A DNA stretch of 64,000 nt from contig CM052841.1 in NCBI GenBank assembly GCA_028534125.1, forward strand, positions 67,766,001-67,830,000, written 5' to 3'. Shown here in pieces: positions 40,178 through 54,728 of this stretch. Numbering within the stretch: the stretch's first letter is position 1; every line of letters starts with the position of its first letter. A program made the position numbers and the translations under genes. The notes beneath the pieces were generated by a model. It was given only the letters and a program-made list of their open reading frames with translations, ran no database searches and was not told the origin of the DNA. Origin of the DNA: Lama glama. Taxonomy: Eukaryota.

Positions 40178-43100
40178 TGTGTGAGTCTCCTGAGCACCTG
40201 AGCTTCATCTCGCGGCCCCTGCACCTGGCACTGGTTGGGGGACCAGACAGATGGGGAGTGACCAGGGAACCCGGCAGAGGCCCCAGGCCCTGGGGGGCAG
40301 GAGCGTGTCCGGGGTGGCCTCGAGAGAGGGAGCCCCCGTCCCCTGCTGTCCCAGAGCTGGTGCTGGGCCGCAGGCCGCTGGTGACAGGGCCAGACAGGGC
40401 CAGGCAAGGCCAGAGAGGCCGTCCCTTTGCCCACCAAAGATGCTGTGCATTCTCGTGGGGCTGCAGCCGAGCAAGTGTGTGCGGAGCCCGCGGACCCCTG
40501 GTGCCCGTGCTCAGCACTCCCGGCGTGCGTGCAGCAGGGAGGACACTGTGGTTTTCACAGCAAAAAAAGAGGTCTTGACACCATTCTGCACAAGGAGGGA
40601 GGGACACTGCCCTCGGTGGGAGCCCGCCCCCTGCTGCTTTCGCCACCTGTCCCCATGGCAACACCTGGCCTGGTCCGCAAGGAGCTCTGGGGTCACTGGG
40701 ACTCAAGGAAACGCTCTCACCTGTGCCTCCCACCCACGTCCTTATTCCTGGGAGGGACGTGACTGTGTCCTTGGATGCCCGGCTCCGGGCCATCTGGCTC
40801 TAGTCGGCTGACGGTCCTGGGGGGACGGGGGGGGGGGGGTGAGCGGCAGCTGGCCCGGGGCTGAGGATCACGCTGGGGGGTCTCTGAGGCTGGGCTTTCC
40901 GGGACTGCGAGGTGCTCATTATTCCGGAGTTGGCTGGAACCCGGGAGCTGCAGGGAGACCGCCCCCGACAGGACGCGGAGGGGGTGGACGAGTCCAGAGC
41001 AGCGTTCTCCAGTGCTTCTGGGAGACACGGCTCCAGGCTACTGTCTGTCGGGGCAACGTGAGTCCTGCCGGAAGGAAGGTCTCCCCAAGGACCAAGCCTT
41101 CAGGGTCACTGTCTGAAGAGGGGTCTTAGGGCCACGTCACCTGCAGTGAGCATGGGGCACAGGCAGTGAGAGAGCAGCCTGTGGCTGGGGACACACCTGC
41201 CCCTCGGTCTCCCTCCAACGACGCCCCGTGACCACCCTGCCGCGACCTCCCACTGACCCCCAGCCCCGAAGCCTCGCAGCTGCACGCCTCAGCGTGCATC
41301 CGGCAAGGACGGGGCCAGGCTCACGGTCACCACGCCGGGCCCCCCCTCAGCACAGAGCAGGCACGGACCGGGGTCCGGCTCCTCCCTTCCAGCTGCGGGA
41401 CTTGTGGGGACGGCAGTGGGTCGGCCACCTGCACGTCGTTTCTAAGCAGCACGCAGGCTGACCACCCTGCAGGCTGCTTCTCAGGCCCGAAGGCTGGGGT
41501 GGAGGAAGCGCTCAGCCCATAGCAAGCACCTGATAACAACAGCTGCTACTGCTATCTCGTCACGAAAGCAAACGCCAAGAAAAACAGCACAGTCGTTGGC
41601 AGCACGGCCAGGGAGATGCTAGGGCCATTCCCGGGCACAGCTTGACTGCCAGGGTCCAGTCGGGGTGAGAGGTCGGCGGGCAAGTGAGAGCGGCCTGGGG
41701 GCTGGGCAGCATCCAGCGTGTCAGAGGGTGGGGGCGAGACCCCAGGGGGCGGCCGGGGGAGATACTCCGGCTGCAGGCTTTGTGCGGCCGCAGCAGGCGG
41801 ACCTCACCTTCCCTGGTGTCCGTGGGCTCCGCAGTGCGTCCTTCGTGGTGCGGCCCCGAGGGAGAGTCTGCGTGGGTCTGGGTGGCCACGAAGAAGGAGC
41901 GCCTGTGTCACACGTGTAGGCCTCCTCTGCGCACTGACCCCCTCAGCACGTGCACGTGAAGACCCTACTCCACACCGGGCAGCGCAGACACGGCCACCCT
42001 GACAGCGACGCAGCACTGGTGCGGCAGGTCCGACTGGAGCCAAACACCGAAGGTCCATAGCTGGCCTCCCCTCAATTCCACGCCCACCAGGCCCAACAGG
42101 AAATAGTGACGACCAAGGCCAAGTCCGTGCCCTCGCGGCACCGCCACCATGCAGGGCGGGAGCAGGTGTGGTCCAGCAGCCCAAGGCCCCAGCACCCGGC
42201 GGGCTCCGGGCTCCGTGCAAGGCGGGAAGCTGGTGGCACCTGTCAGCACGCCCCCCGGCTCAGGGAGACGCGCGGGCCGGGGCTTAGCAGGTTGATGACG
42301 AGGCACAGACACCCTGTTGAGCTGGGAACCTCGTCTGGCTCCAGGGCGGAGGCCAGTTCTCCCGGCTGGAGCCGAGAGCTTTCCTACTGTTGTAATTAGT
42401 TGGCTGGGACGAAAGGCCCAGTGAGAAGATATCTGGGGCAGAGCGCCGACCTCCGTGTGCTCGGAACCAGCCCCTCCGTCTTCGGGAGCCAGCCACGTGC
42501 TTGCCCTGGGAGAGGACGGGCGGGCCGGCGGGGCCAGAGGCGAAGGGGAGGCCGGGCTCCGGAGTGCCCCCAACCCCGGGCCCAGCGCTCCTCTGCTGGG
42601 CGCCCTCTCTGCCTGGGCCTGGAAAGTGGGCTAAGCTGGTTGGCCTCCAGTTTCCAGGAATCTGGACGTGGCCTTGCAGCTTCTGACGAGGCTGGGGACT
42701 TCCCATTCCCAGCGCCCTCTGGCCAGCCCCTTCCACCCTGCGCCTCGTGGCCTGTGTGCAAGCTCCGGGCCCTGGGTTATGCTTTCTAGGAACCACGCCA
42801 GACACCCTTGGATCTATTTCCTAAACACACCGAAAACCAAACGAGGAGGGAGGGACGCAGGGACATCATCTTAGAGCTGAATCAGCCAAGCAAGCGGAGA
42901 CCCAGAGTCAAGGGTGGCCCCTGCTGCGCTGTTTACAGGGGGAAGGCAGAAACAGCTCATCAGCCCTTGGGCAGAACCGGGTGCACTGATCTGCACTTTG
43001 TGCTGGGGAATCACGGCCGGGGGCCCGTGGGAGTGGGACGCACAGAGGAGGCCCACGGCCGGAGCCGTGGGCCACACCCTGCACTCCAGGGAGCCAGTCT

Positions 43101-46071
43101 CTCTGAAGCTGGGAGCTGTGCTGGGGGAGAGGGAAACAGAGGCTCCGAGGATTCCCAGCCGCACCGGGGTCACACCAGCCGGACTGGAAGCCCGGTTCTT
43201 GGCAGTGACTCAGTAGCCATGAAAGTGACACATCGCCCAACATGCACGGGCGGGCACGGTGTCCACAAAACTCCAGGTGGGAAACAGCCGGCCACAGCCG
43301 GGTAAGCGCACGCCCTCGTGCTTGTGCAAACACGCACGTCCTCCTGCACAGAAATGGGGTGGTCGCCCGTGGGAAGGTGGTCACAATTTCCTTCTTTGAC
43401 TCTCGAGTCTTCTGAACTGTTTTTGCAATAATGATGAACTCATTTTATACTCAACGCAATAAAGCTATTTTTAAAGGCGAGCAATTGACACCTCGGAGAA
43501 GGTGGTGAGGCAGGTTGAGATGAAGCATCTGGGGCACCAAACTTGGTGGCACCGAGGGACTCGGCGTGGCCTCAGAGGCCAAGGACTCCCCTGCCCGCAT
43601 GGACCAAGCCCTTGGAGGAGGGGCCCAGGGCAGAGAGGTGAGGACACGAGGCGGCGCCAGCCCCTGACAGTGACGTGACAGCTCTGTCACTAACATATGG
43701 GACAGCCGCCTGCGCTCCCTGGTGGCTCTCTGCAACAAAGAGAAACCAGAAGCCCACACTTCAAAACCCCCGCAGACGCAGCACCCCCACCAGGGAGGGG
43801 CCCGGTGGGTGGGGAGGCACAGCCGTGTCCCTTTTTGGAATAACAACATGAAGGAGGGACACAGTCCTGCCTGGCGGGGAGGATCTGCCCAGCGGTGCGG
43901 CTGTCCGGCAGTTCCAGACAGCTCCCTGGCTGAGCTGTGTGTCCAGCAGCCAATGGGGAGGGTCTGCTCCAGCCATCCACACCCCCAAGACGTGGTCCAG
44001 CAAGGGCCCGAGTGCAGTCTCTGGAAATCAGCACCCAGAGGCCCACTCTTCCTGCCACGTTAACCAGCCCAGGCCGGAGGCTGGAGCCTGGAGACGCTTT
44101 CTTCCGGTTTTGCTAAACTCCCAACTCCGCTTCTGAGAAGGGCACACCTCCCACCGACTCCCTCCCTCCCCAGCATAGGGCCCCCCCCCCGCCCCGGGCA
44201 ATGAAATGAGGGGCACCTTTGACTTCATGTTAGCCTGATGGATGGACAGAGTCTGGGAAATGACACTGGCGCCGCCGGTGATGGCCGCAGAGTGGCAGGT
44301 GAGGGTGGGAAATTAAAGCAGCCTCCTTGGGCCATCCATCATTAGAACCTGTTCCTCGTCCCCCTCCAGGGCCAGCCGCGCTCCCTCAGAGCAATCTGTC
44401 ACCCCGGGGGCCGCGTGATGGCACCTGTCCCCAGGCCAGGGCCGAGCCGACACCCAAAGCCCAGAGCCTGCGCGCTGAAATGCCTGGTAAACGCTGTCCT
44501 AAATGAGGGTCTAACTGCAGCGTGACGAGGCGTCTCGTGCGTGTTAAGGACAAAGCCCTCCTGGAACTAAGCGTCATGTAAGTGACCGCTCTGCCTTCCT
44601 GGCCGCGGCCCCGCCCCACCAGCGGTCGCCCGCCCAGCCTCGGGCAAGCTTCCATCCATTCGCTCACTTATGAGCAACGTAAGAGGCAGAGACAGTCCTT
44701 TGCGCCCACCAGCTCCCATCGCCTAGTCCTCCCTCAGGGGTCTGGGAGGGGGAAGACCAGCCCCTGGGGGGATGGGGGGCCCCGTGACTGGTTCTGGCCA
44801 GGGAGGTACCAGCAGTCTTCCCGGGGTGGGTGGGCCGTCCATCTCTCTCTTCCCCACTGGGGGAAACACAGAGGCCCCAGGCTGGGCGGCAGCGTGGAGG
44901 ACAGCCGCCCTGGAGAGTGGCCGGCCCCAGAGCAGTCTCTGTGGGGGGCATGAACCCGTGTGCGTGCAGGTGCCCGGTCACTGCAGCTGACGCAGCCAGA
45001 TGAGCGCCCAGCTTGCTGGGCGGGGGGCGGGGAGCAAACAAGAGAAGGGGTCTTGCCCTTTGGGCTTCAGTCTGGGAGAGGCCGCAGAACCACTTCCAGC
45101 TGCCCCATTCAGACGCGAGCGGCTAGACCCCTAGAAAGGAAAGTCTCATCCCCACTGCCCAGCAGCAGAGCCCCGACCGACGGACCCCCGCTTCGTCCTC
45201 TGGCCCGGGCTCCAACGTCTGTCCCCCTTGGCGGGGCCACTCTGGAAGCTCTGGAATTTCAGGGTGGGCTGGGGGAGCCCTCGGCAGGTTTGGTGACTCA
45301 GATGGAGCCACTGCGGGGGGTCACAGGACTGCTGGGGTCAGAGGGGAAAGGTCTGCACCGCCTCTGGCCTGCCTGTTATTTTCTGTCACATCTTCCCCCA
45401 GAGGCGTCCACCGAAGTCGGAACTTTTATGAGCAGAGCCCGGCCGGCCACAATCGCCATCTGGGAACATCTTCCTGACGTAGACTGGCTGGCTTGGTGGG
45501 GGAGGCGCAGATCAGGTTTGTCTCAATTGGAAACTCACCGAGCTTCTGTCAACGGTGGGAAGTCTTTCAACAAGCATCCATGGGCAGCCTGCTGTATGCA
45601 CAGCGCTCAGCGCCCTTGCACCCTGAAGCTGCTCTGGAGGCCTGGCCCGGAGCTGAGGAGCGCACCTGGGGCGGGGGTCTGCGTTCAGGCCTCTATTACT
45701 AGTGTCTCCCCACCTTCCTAGGGCTTCCCACGGTCTGCGCCCACCAGGGATCCAGGACTGGAGGGACGAGGACACTCTGCCCTAAGCCCTGCCCCAGGCC
45801 TCCCCACCACCATCCCTCCTGACACCCAGACGCCCTGCACCGTATTTCAGGAGGACCGATGCCGGCTGTCCGAGCACCTCTGCAGACGTCTGCTCACCTC
45901 GTGCAGCCCTGGAGCTCTCCGTGGTACATCCCACAAGGGTGCCGGGTGGTCCCTGGGTGCCCTGAGCCAGGTGCCCTCTGCGTGAGGGCCCCCTGCTCCT
46001 CTGGGGCTGGCGTCAGGGGCTTTCTGGGCCCCAGTCAGGAATCAAGGAAGGAATCTGGCCCTGGAGACACT

Positions 46072-46168
46072 CCAAGGTACGTGCTCCTCGGGGCCAGGGT
46101 AAGTGCTCCTCGGGGCCAAGGTACGTGCTCCTCGGGGCCAAGGTACGTGCTCCTTGGGGCCAGGGTAA
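46072..46168. repeat. 22-bp minisatellite, ~4.4 copies (CCAAGGTACGTGCTCCTCGGGG)
   Basis: Units at 46072, 46094, 46116 and 46138, plus a partial unit at 46160. Confidence 0.95.
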
Positions 46169-49100
46169 TTCCTCACCTCTATTCTTGAAGAAACATGTCT
46201 GGGAAACTCAGTGCTCCCCAGTCTCCCCCATCCAGAGTCCAGAGCTGGAGGAGCCACACCCCCTCACCTGCCCTGGGACCCTAACCAGCCCCCGGAGGGC
46301 ATGGCTTCCCCGCAGGACCTCAGCCCCCGGGGTTCCTCCCCAGATGTCAGAGCCCCAGGACAGACTTCCACCCATTCTCTAAGCACCTCACTGCACCTTC
46401 CAGAGCCCCTCTTTGCGGGGTACACTTCAAAATGTGCCTTCCTTTTCCTGCACAAGCGCGTCCCCTCCCCGCTCCATGCCGTTAAGGAGTGTTTGTGCCT
46501 CCTCAGAGGTAGCGTCTTTGTCAGTTTTCAACACGGAAAGTAAAAAGTTTACAGGGATGTTGACAGGATGGTTAAAAATAGTCCTGTCTTTAAAAGGTGA
46601 AAATTTGGTGAGGAATGCTGGGGGCTGGGAGTTGGGGGCACATGCTTGCCTCTGTCTGGCCCACCCACCATCTGGGAAAGCCAGCCTGCTCCCCTTCCGA
46701 CTCCGGTGGCCCGATCAGACGCCCGGACCCTGCCTGCCGCCCGTCTCCAACCCTGATGCCCATCAAACTGCTGGGACGCCAGCCTGAGCTTTAATCTTAT
46801 TATCTTGACACATACCAGTTTCTGATTCAAGGAGTGTGACTACACAAACTGGGTTTTCTTAGGTAGTGACGCTTTAGGAAGAAAAAAAATGGTGTTGGTT
46901 CCAAATACCTGCAATGCCGGGGCTGATTCTGCTATCAGGGCATCGAGAGTCCCTTCTCTGTGGAGAAGCTCTGCCACCTTCCATGCCAGCGTCAACACCA
47001 GCCACGCTGTCCTGAGCGGGCCCCAGGACTACAGACCTGGCACGGGAAGGGACCACCCCAGATTCCCACTGCAGCAGCAGCGGAGGGCAGAGAGGTCTGC
47101 AGAGCGAGCGGCAGGGATCAGGGGTGGTGGTGGGTGAGGAGGTCAGCTGGTGAGCAAGGTCCAGTAACTCAGGGCCAGGCTGGGCGGGATCTGGGCAGCG
47201 CCAGAGCCCCTCCTCTGTCTCCTGGGGGGAGGGGGCCACGCTTCCCCCTTCTCCTGCTCCCCCCATGGCCCTGCTGCCCTGCCTGGGACCCCCCCCCCAA
47301 GACTCCGTACTGCCCGTGAGTCCTTGAGGGCCCCCTTCTGCAGCTGCACACAGCGCAGGCCTCGGGAGTGCTCAGGACCCCGCCCTGATGTCGCGGTGAC
47401 TCCCCACCTTTCCCGCTTCCCTTTCCCGTTGAGATGTACTTTCTGAGCTCACGGGAAGGACCGCCCACGCTGGTCAACTCACTCACTCCCAGACTCGGAG
47501 AACCATTAATCAATGACGGCCTGATTTAACCTTCCTTCGGAGCCCCTGGCTAAAGAGCTACAGCTGGGTCTGCCACCGCTGGGGCCACCGCTGGGGCCAC
47601 TTTCCTGGTCGAGATGCCCAGAGCTCCCTCTGTGAACCAAGGGTCTCCTCTCCTCTCCTCTCAGGAAGCCTACGGAGGGGACCTGAGATGCTGAGGCCAA
47701 GGAAAGGAGGGCCGGGTCAGGGAGCCCACTGCTTCCCCTGCCCTGCCCCGCCCAACCACCCCCGCCCTCCACCAAACCACGCCCACACCACGCCCATCCC
47801 GCCGTGCCACGCCCACACTGCAAGGTCATGCCACGCCCCCATCAGAGCTCGTCCTTGCTGAGGCCCCACCGTGTCCCCACCCTCCTCTCTCCCTGCGCAG
47901 CTGCAGCAGCTGGGCTCTGTCCCTCCCTCAGCAACTCCTCTTCATTGCGGCAGTATTAGCCTTGCTAAGGCACAGTGTGGACGGCGTCCCTCCACTGCTC
48001 TAAAGCCTGCCATGGCTCCCTGGCCTGGGGACGAAGTCTAGGTGTTCGGGCCGGCGTTCAGGGACCGCACAGTCAGTCCCCGAAGTGGGAGCTGATCCGC
48101 TCTGCCTCCTCTGGTCTTGTCACCCGCCCCCATCTCCTCCGTCCTGATGTGGTCTCTGCATCTGGACCCCTCATTCTACGTCCACACCCCCAAAGCTAAG
48201 CTGAGACCCCAGTTTCCTCCCGGGGCACCCTGACTGGGTCAGAGGCGGTCTCCCGGGGTGGGGGTACTGGCCTTGCCCTTATTGGTCGTTACGAATAATC
48301 ATAGTGACGTGTCTTGAAGCCTCGCGGGGGCCAGGCTCCGGGCTGGGGGCTTCCTGAGTCTGTAGCTCAGCCACGTGAGGCTGGGAACGAGGCCTGCCCC
48401 TGGGGGCTGGGGGGCCGGGGGGCGGTGTGGTTTGCTGAGTGAAGGCTGAGATCTCCAGGCAACAGCTCTGACCGAGAGGGGAACCCAGGACCCGGGGAGA
48501 AGGTACTGAACCCCGAGGGCACGTGGTCACAAGGACGCACACAGTTTCTGATGCTTGTGTGGTCCCCATCTCACCTCCAGCTCTGTCCTCCGCTCTCCCC
48601 ACCCGCCGCGGGCCTGCAGCCCTCCTCCTCACCAACTGGAGGGGACGCTTAAGAGAGAGGACAAGGCGGGCGGGAGCCTGGACCTGATCCCGGAATGTGC
48701 ACTTGAGCTCCACTCCGCTGCCAGCTGTTTAAAAATGGAAGAGATTAAAAATGAGCAAGTGAGAGGCCTTTGAGCATAGCCATCAGCAGCTGAGCTGTGC
48801 AGACTAATTCCATTTCCGCCTCCTCCCCCTCTGAGCCCCCGCCTTCACCCGCCGCCGCCACCTGCAAGTTTCCCCAGCTTCTCCCAAACACGAGCACCCC
48901 AGTTATGGCTCCTGACAACCCTCACTGTCCCGCTGGCGGTCACCCACGTCCCCGGCGGCGCTGGAGAGAGAGGAGAAGGCTAACCGTGACCACGTGAGCG
49001 CAGGCTTCTCGGGCTCCCAGGCGGTGAGCATTAGCAAAGCGAGGAGGGCCTCCTGGGCCTGCTGGGAGCTGGGCTCCCACACGCCCCTCTGTGGGGGCCC

Positions 49101-52100
49101 CACTGCCCCTCCGTCAGGCAGCGCCATCAGCCCCCACGGCTACGATCATGGGGACAAGCCACCCCAAAATGTCAGCCACGGAAGACAACAAGAACACCCA
49201 TGACCTCAGCGCCCGTGGGCCAGGAAGTGGGAGCGGCCTGCTGGGTGGGCTCGGGTGGGCTCAGGGTCTCCCAGGGCTGGCAGTGAGGCTGGCAGCTGAC
49301 ACCGCCTGATCTGAAGGTTCGAGGGGGCCTGTGGGCAACCGGGCGGGCCTCTCCACCGGGCTGCTGGTGACAGCAGGGCAGCTGGCCAGCCCAGCAGGTG
49401 TCGGGGCGGGGGGAGGGCACACGCACCCAGCAGCAGCCACAGGCCCTTCATCACATTGCCTCAGGGGACCAAGGGGTCTCTGTCGGCCACGCAGACCAAC
49501 CCTGGTGCCATGGGGGGGGTGCTGCCGAGATGTGACACTGGGGACAGGTCTCTGGAGCCATCTTGGAGGCTGGTTTCTAACTCATTTCCCCAGTCTGCAG
49601 ACAAGCAAACCGAGGCTCGGGCCGTATAGGTCCCTGGCCTGAGCTCACCCAGCCGCGAGTAGAGCCCGGCTGGGACCTCAGCCCGCCTGACTCTGGTCCC
49701 AGGACCCTCGTGGGTCACATGGGTGAGTTCTAGCCCTGGCGCTGGGGCTTACTGCAACATGTGACCTTGAGATGGTGGATGTGTGACCTTGAGATGGGTG
49801 GGGAAGTTTGGCTCTGTCCCTGCATCTGAGAGGCCACAGGCCCGGCCAGGATGGCAGAACCCATCCTAGAGCCAGTTCTCACCCCCTACGGCCAGCCTGC
49901 AGGCAGGAAACTGAGACACGAAGGACCATGTTGCTGGTCAGGGTGGGTCTGGGGGTCCCAGAGGTCTTCACTGCAGGGCCGGCCTATGCGGATGGAGGGT
50001 GCAAGGCTGAGAATAGCAACAAGGGCCACCTGGACCTCGGGAGTCAGGTTAATGCAGGCCCCAGGTGGAGGCTGCATCTCCCTAGGAACTGGTGACACGG
50101 ACGTTGCATTGCCCTCGATGCCCGGCCGCCACGCCCGTGGGATGTCGGAGGACTCGGCGCCGAGTGGCCCGGGCCACGCCCCCCGCCCCCAGCAGGGTCA
50201 AGGCCCAGCGGGAAGGTCACCTCAAGTCTGGCAGAGCTGGAAGGCAGCCAAGGTCCCGTGAGCTGCCGCCCCTGCAGAGCATCCCCCAGGCCTGCAGGGG
50301 CCCCCCCACCCAGGACAGGTCCCAGGCTGGGCACGGGTTAGTCTCCCTGGGGCACAGAGCCGGCCCCAGGGCGAGCAGCGGTACGAGCAGTGCCTTCAGC
50401 ATCTCCCCGCGTCAGCTCAGCGCCTGGTTAGCGATGTCTGGGGCTGGAGGAGGCTGCTCTGCACTGGGTTTTCCCAGGACACAGGGCCTGTGGAAGCCCC
50501 GCTCCGCCCACCTGACCCCTACGTCTCAGCCACCCGGCTGAGGGTGGCCAGGTGTGTCAAGGCAGCTTCACTTCGCTGCTGCTGCTGGCTCTGACGTCCT
50601 CGTCTCCCGGACAGCCCGGAATGGCATCTGGAATCAGGCCCCACCCCGCTTCCTTTGCCTGCAGGATGCTTGGGCCACAGAAGGGAACCGTCACCATAGC
50701 ATCAGGAAGAGCCCCGAGTGACAAGCCCTAAAGGAGACAGTCGAGCCAGGGCCAAGGTCAGGATGCTGACCTTGCTGCCGCCATGCGTGGCGTGAGGCAG
50801 GTGCCTCCCCCCGGCCCCGCTTGCTTGTCTGTAAAGTGGCGATGATTACAGTTATCCGCAAGGGAACGAGGAGGTCCCATGAGATGACCTATGGGTAGTG
50901 GGTGGACTCGGCGCTTCCCAGAACACAGCCTTCAATCAAGTAACGTGGAAAGTCCTCCTCTAGACACGCACCCCCTCTAGGCCCTAAGGGACCCTCCACT
51001 CCTGCTGGACTCTGTGTAACCCAACGTTTCCCAAGGGCTTGTGACCAGAGTCGTCCGCAGGTGCTACACTGCATCAGTCAGCCTAGTCCAGGTTGGTGGC
51101 AGTAACAAAGAGCCCCCCCTCCTGAATCCCTGTGGCTTGCAAGTGATAGTTCATCCTTCACGCGGGCCGTGTGCAGGCGGGCTGGCGGAGGGACCCTACC
51201 GCTCAGCCCCAGGGACCCAGGGGATGGAGGCCCCATCCTGGTCCACACTTCGTCACAGAAGAGGGCAAGGCATGTGGCAGACCACCCTCTGACTCTCCAG
51301 TGTCCTTGGGAAGTGCCGTGCATCACCTCTGCCAGGTCTCATTGGCCAGAGGGAGGTATGTAGCCACGCCCACCCAAAACAGGGGGCGGGGCTCTCCCCT
51401 AAGCCCCTGAGGGGAGCGGCCAGACCTGTGTGCCCGCCCCCAGCTGCTGTGAGCCTGAGGTGGCCCCACCAAGCAGACCCTGGGGATGGCTGGTTGGTTC
51501 CCTAATGACCCCAAAGGGGGAGAGCTGTCCTCAACCGAAAGTCAAACCCAGCGTTTCGGACGCAACCCACCCAAGCTGAAAGGGTGGTCTTGCTCTTCTG
51601 TATCTTGCAGCACAGGCTTCCGCTGGCTCTGCAGATCCATATATTTATTCGTATGGAAACTGTTTCCCAGCCAAGTGCGACATTTGGATACTGAGTCACT
51701 GTTTTGGTTCATCCCGATGTCCCACAAAAGATGAAAACACCCGAAAAATATTATGGACACAGTCTTGCTTATTTGTTTCCTGGAAGCAATTTTTAGATTA
51801 ATGACTAACTTGAGATTTACAACAAACAGAACACAAAAGTGTCCTCTCTCTCCCAGAGAACAGACTGAGTTCCCCCTCCACGCGCACAGACTGGGAAGTT
51901 AGGACCCGACCGGGCCCAGCAGAACCGCCGCCACTGGCCGCCTCCACAGGATGCCCGGGGCCTCGGCCTCGCCCTGGTGGCGGCCACTGTCCCTCGATGC
52001 TGGTGCAGGTCTGTCAGGGAAATCCGCGAGGTTTACAGGCCCCCGCCTGTGAAGAGGGAAAGACGGTGCACGTCCCAGCCCCCTGCCCTCTCTGCTGGTC

Positions 52101-54728
52101 AGAACCCTCCTACCCAGAAGCCCCTGTGAGCGTCGCCCCGGGCCTAGGCTGTCCTTCCTGCTGCCTTTACACTCAGACCAAGGCCTCATCCCGGGAGTGG
52201 GAGAGGCGATGGCCGGGCCCTGGTGAAGGATGTCTCGTCACGGAACGCGAGCTGCATGCTGTCCCTGAGCAGTGGGGTCGCCCCCTCTCTGTGGGCGGGG
52301 GCTCTGGACGCCCCCAGGAGTGTGGGCAGCACCCCCACCAGGAGAAGCTCGGGAGAGGACCTCTCTGTCCCTTCCTTGCAACAGGGAGCCCACCTACTTC
52401 CTGTTCTGCAGAGCCTTGCTGGCCCCAGGGGCCACCTGCCTCGGTGGCCATGCGCCCCCTCCTGGGAAGATTTTGCTCTCCCTTCCTTCCTTCATTCCCT
52501 TGCCTCCTCTTCATCTTTCAAATGTCACCACACCACTAGGAGGCCTTCTTGGCTGGCCCGGCCCGGCCGACTCTCAGATGGAGGAACACCACGAGCAGGG
52601 GCGTGGGCACGCAGGCTCTAGGCCCGGGCCCTCCTCGCCGTGCCCCCCCAGGGCAGCTGCCTCACCTCCCTGAGCCCCCAGCTTCTTCCTGCGTAAATGG
52701 AGAGGAGCGGGGACCAACCCCGCCTCCCAGGCCCAGGCTCCCACCCGGGGAAGGTCCGGGCCCACGCCCTTCAGTGTGTCTGGCCAGCGGCCAGAACCCG
52801 CTTCCCACACCTCCCAAGGATGGAGACGGGTCTGGTCCATCCCTGCATCCCCCTGAGCGTCACCCTGGTGCTCCCCCATGGAGCCAGTCACTGCTTAAGT
52901 GCTGGCTGGGTCGTGGGTGGCCCTGCAGCCACAGCCCCTACAGAGGGTGCGTCCTCTGGCACAGAAGCCCCTGGACCTGATACCCTGATCTGCACCCCCG
53001 AAGACGTCACCGGACGAAAGGAACATGGAGGCCTTGCAACACCAGGAAGGGAGCCAGGCAGGGCGGGGAGGCGCTGCAGTCCATAACTCACGGGCCACTA
53101 AATTAATTACGGTGGCAGAGGAATGGAGAGCGCAGCCCGTCTCCTGGAAACCACCCCCAGTCATACAGCACTTGGGTTTGGTAAAATATTGAACCTGTTA
53201 GCAAGAAAATGAAAAAAGCCAGACGAGACACTCTTCCGCCTGGCCGCGGGGCATGTCAGGGGAGCGCAGATGGAGTCTGCTGGCTCGTCCGGGCCAAGAT
53301 TGATGACACGGGGTCTGCAGAGGGGCAGGCTCCCATCGCGGGCCTGCTGTAAACCTGCTGAAATACGATGTTCTGTGATCTGTGCACTTGCCATGCAAAT
53401 TATGCCCTTAAAGGGCCGTACACACACCTGGGCTTCTGTGCGGAGAGCCCGGCTGCCCAGCTGCGCGAGGCGCTCGCCCTCCCGAGGAGCGGGCTCCCCG
53501 TGGCCCCGAGCCACCACCGCGTCTTCGGGGCCAACCTGGGCTCCGGGCTGCGTCGGCGGGGGCGAGCGAGGGCTCTTGCGGGTCAGCAGGGGGGCTGGCC
53601 TTGCACCCAGTGCACCCAGGGGTGAGGGGGCCCAGGAGAACAGAGTCGCCCCCGGAAGACCCGGCATGTCTGGGAGTCAGTGCGGGAGAGCTCAGCTGCC
53701 CCCATGCCTCTTCCCGAGTGCCCTGTTGACAAAGCCACGAAGGCCGGTTGCTGGGAGCAGCCTGGACACGGCGTGGATCACGCACCAGGAAGGGCATCCA
53801 ATGGCCGGGTGTTGATTCACACAGACAGATCCAGCAGTCAGCCTCCCCAAGAGGCCCCCTGGCGTCCAAGGCTGCAGAGTTCAAGTGACGATGGAGGGGG
53901 CTGACCAGACCAAGCCTGCGATTCCTGGCCCGGGAACCACCACCCCTCCCGCCAAGCCCAGGGCAGACATCCCTAAGCGATCTGCTGCTCCGTTCTGCTG
54001 AGTCCGGCGAGCACCGCAGAATCCTTGTCTGCACAGCCCTTTGGTGGACGGCAGCAGAAGCTGACACCGACCAGCTTAGGCCACACAACCTGAAACGCCA
54101 GCAACAAATGACAGCAGGTTTGCTGCAGAACTCGGGCACCTCGCAGCCTTCCGGGAAACGCTGGCGAGTCCGGCTCAGAAGGATCGGGAGCTGGGGCAGC
54201 TCCAGGGATCTTGGGAGCCGGAACCGCCGCTCGGACTCTCCGGGGAGGGGTCACTGCCACAGGCATCCTCTCCAGCCACTGCGGACCGTGGGCTCCGGAG
54301 ACGGGGCTGTGGTCAGCCTGGTCTGGACCATGTACTCGCTCCAGCCAGGCAAGGACAGCATCGTGACCAGGGGGCCCAGCAACACGGATTCCAGACTGGA
54401 CGTGCAGGCTGGCCCTCTACCCCTGGTCCCGACGGCTCGGCCCAGGGCTCTGGCCTGCTTGCGGCTCGCTTCCTTTCTCCATGAAGACTTGAAGGCCTTT
54501 GGGAGCAGACCTCACCTCCTCCTCCTCCCGTGTCCTCACAGACCACGGGCCAGCCTGAGTTGTCACGTCGGCCACTTCTCCTGGAATTAGGCGGGGTGCT
54601 CTGTGGTTAAAACACATATGTCCACACGCGCAGTTGAAGGAAAAATAAAAATTGAGTTGAAAACTGCGATAACCATGCCAAAACCAAGAGTGTGAAATAG
54701 TTTCCAGTCACAAGCTAAATTTAAAAAC

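Noticed and set aside
46072-46168. CRISPR-like repeat array
   Set aside because: Head-to-tail repeats with no unique spacers, in a mammalian genome; it is a minisatellite.
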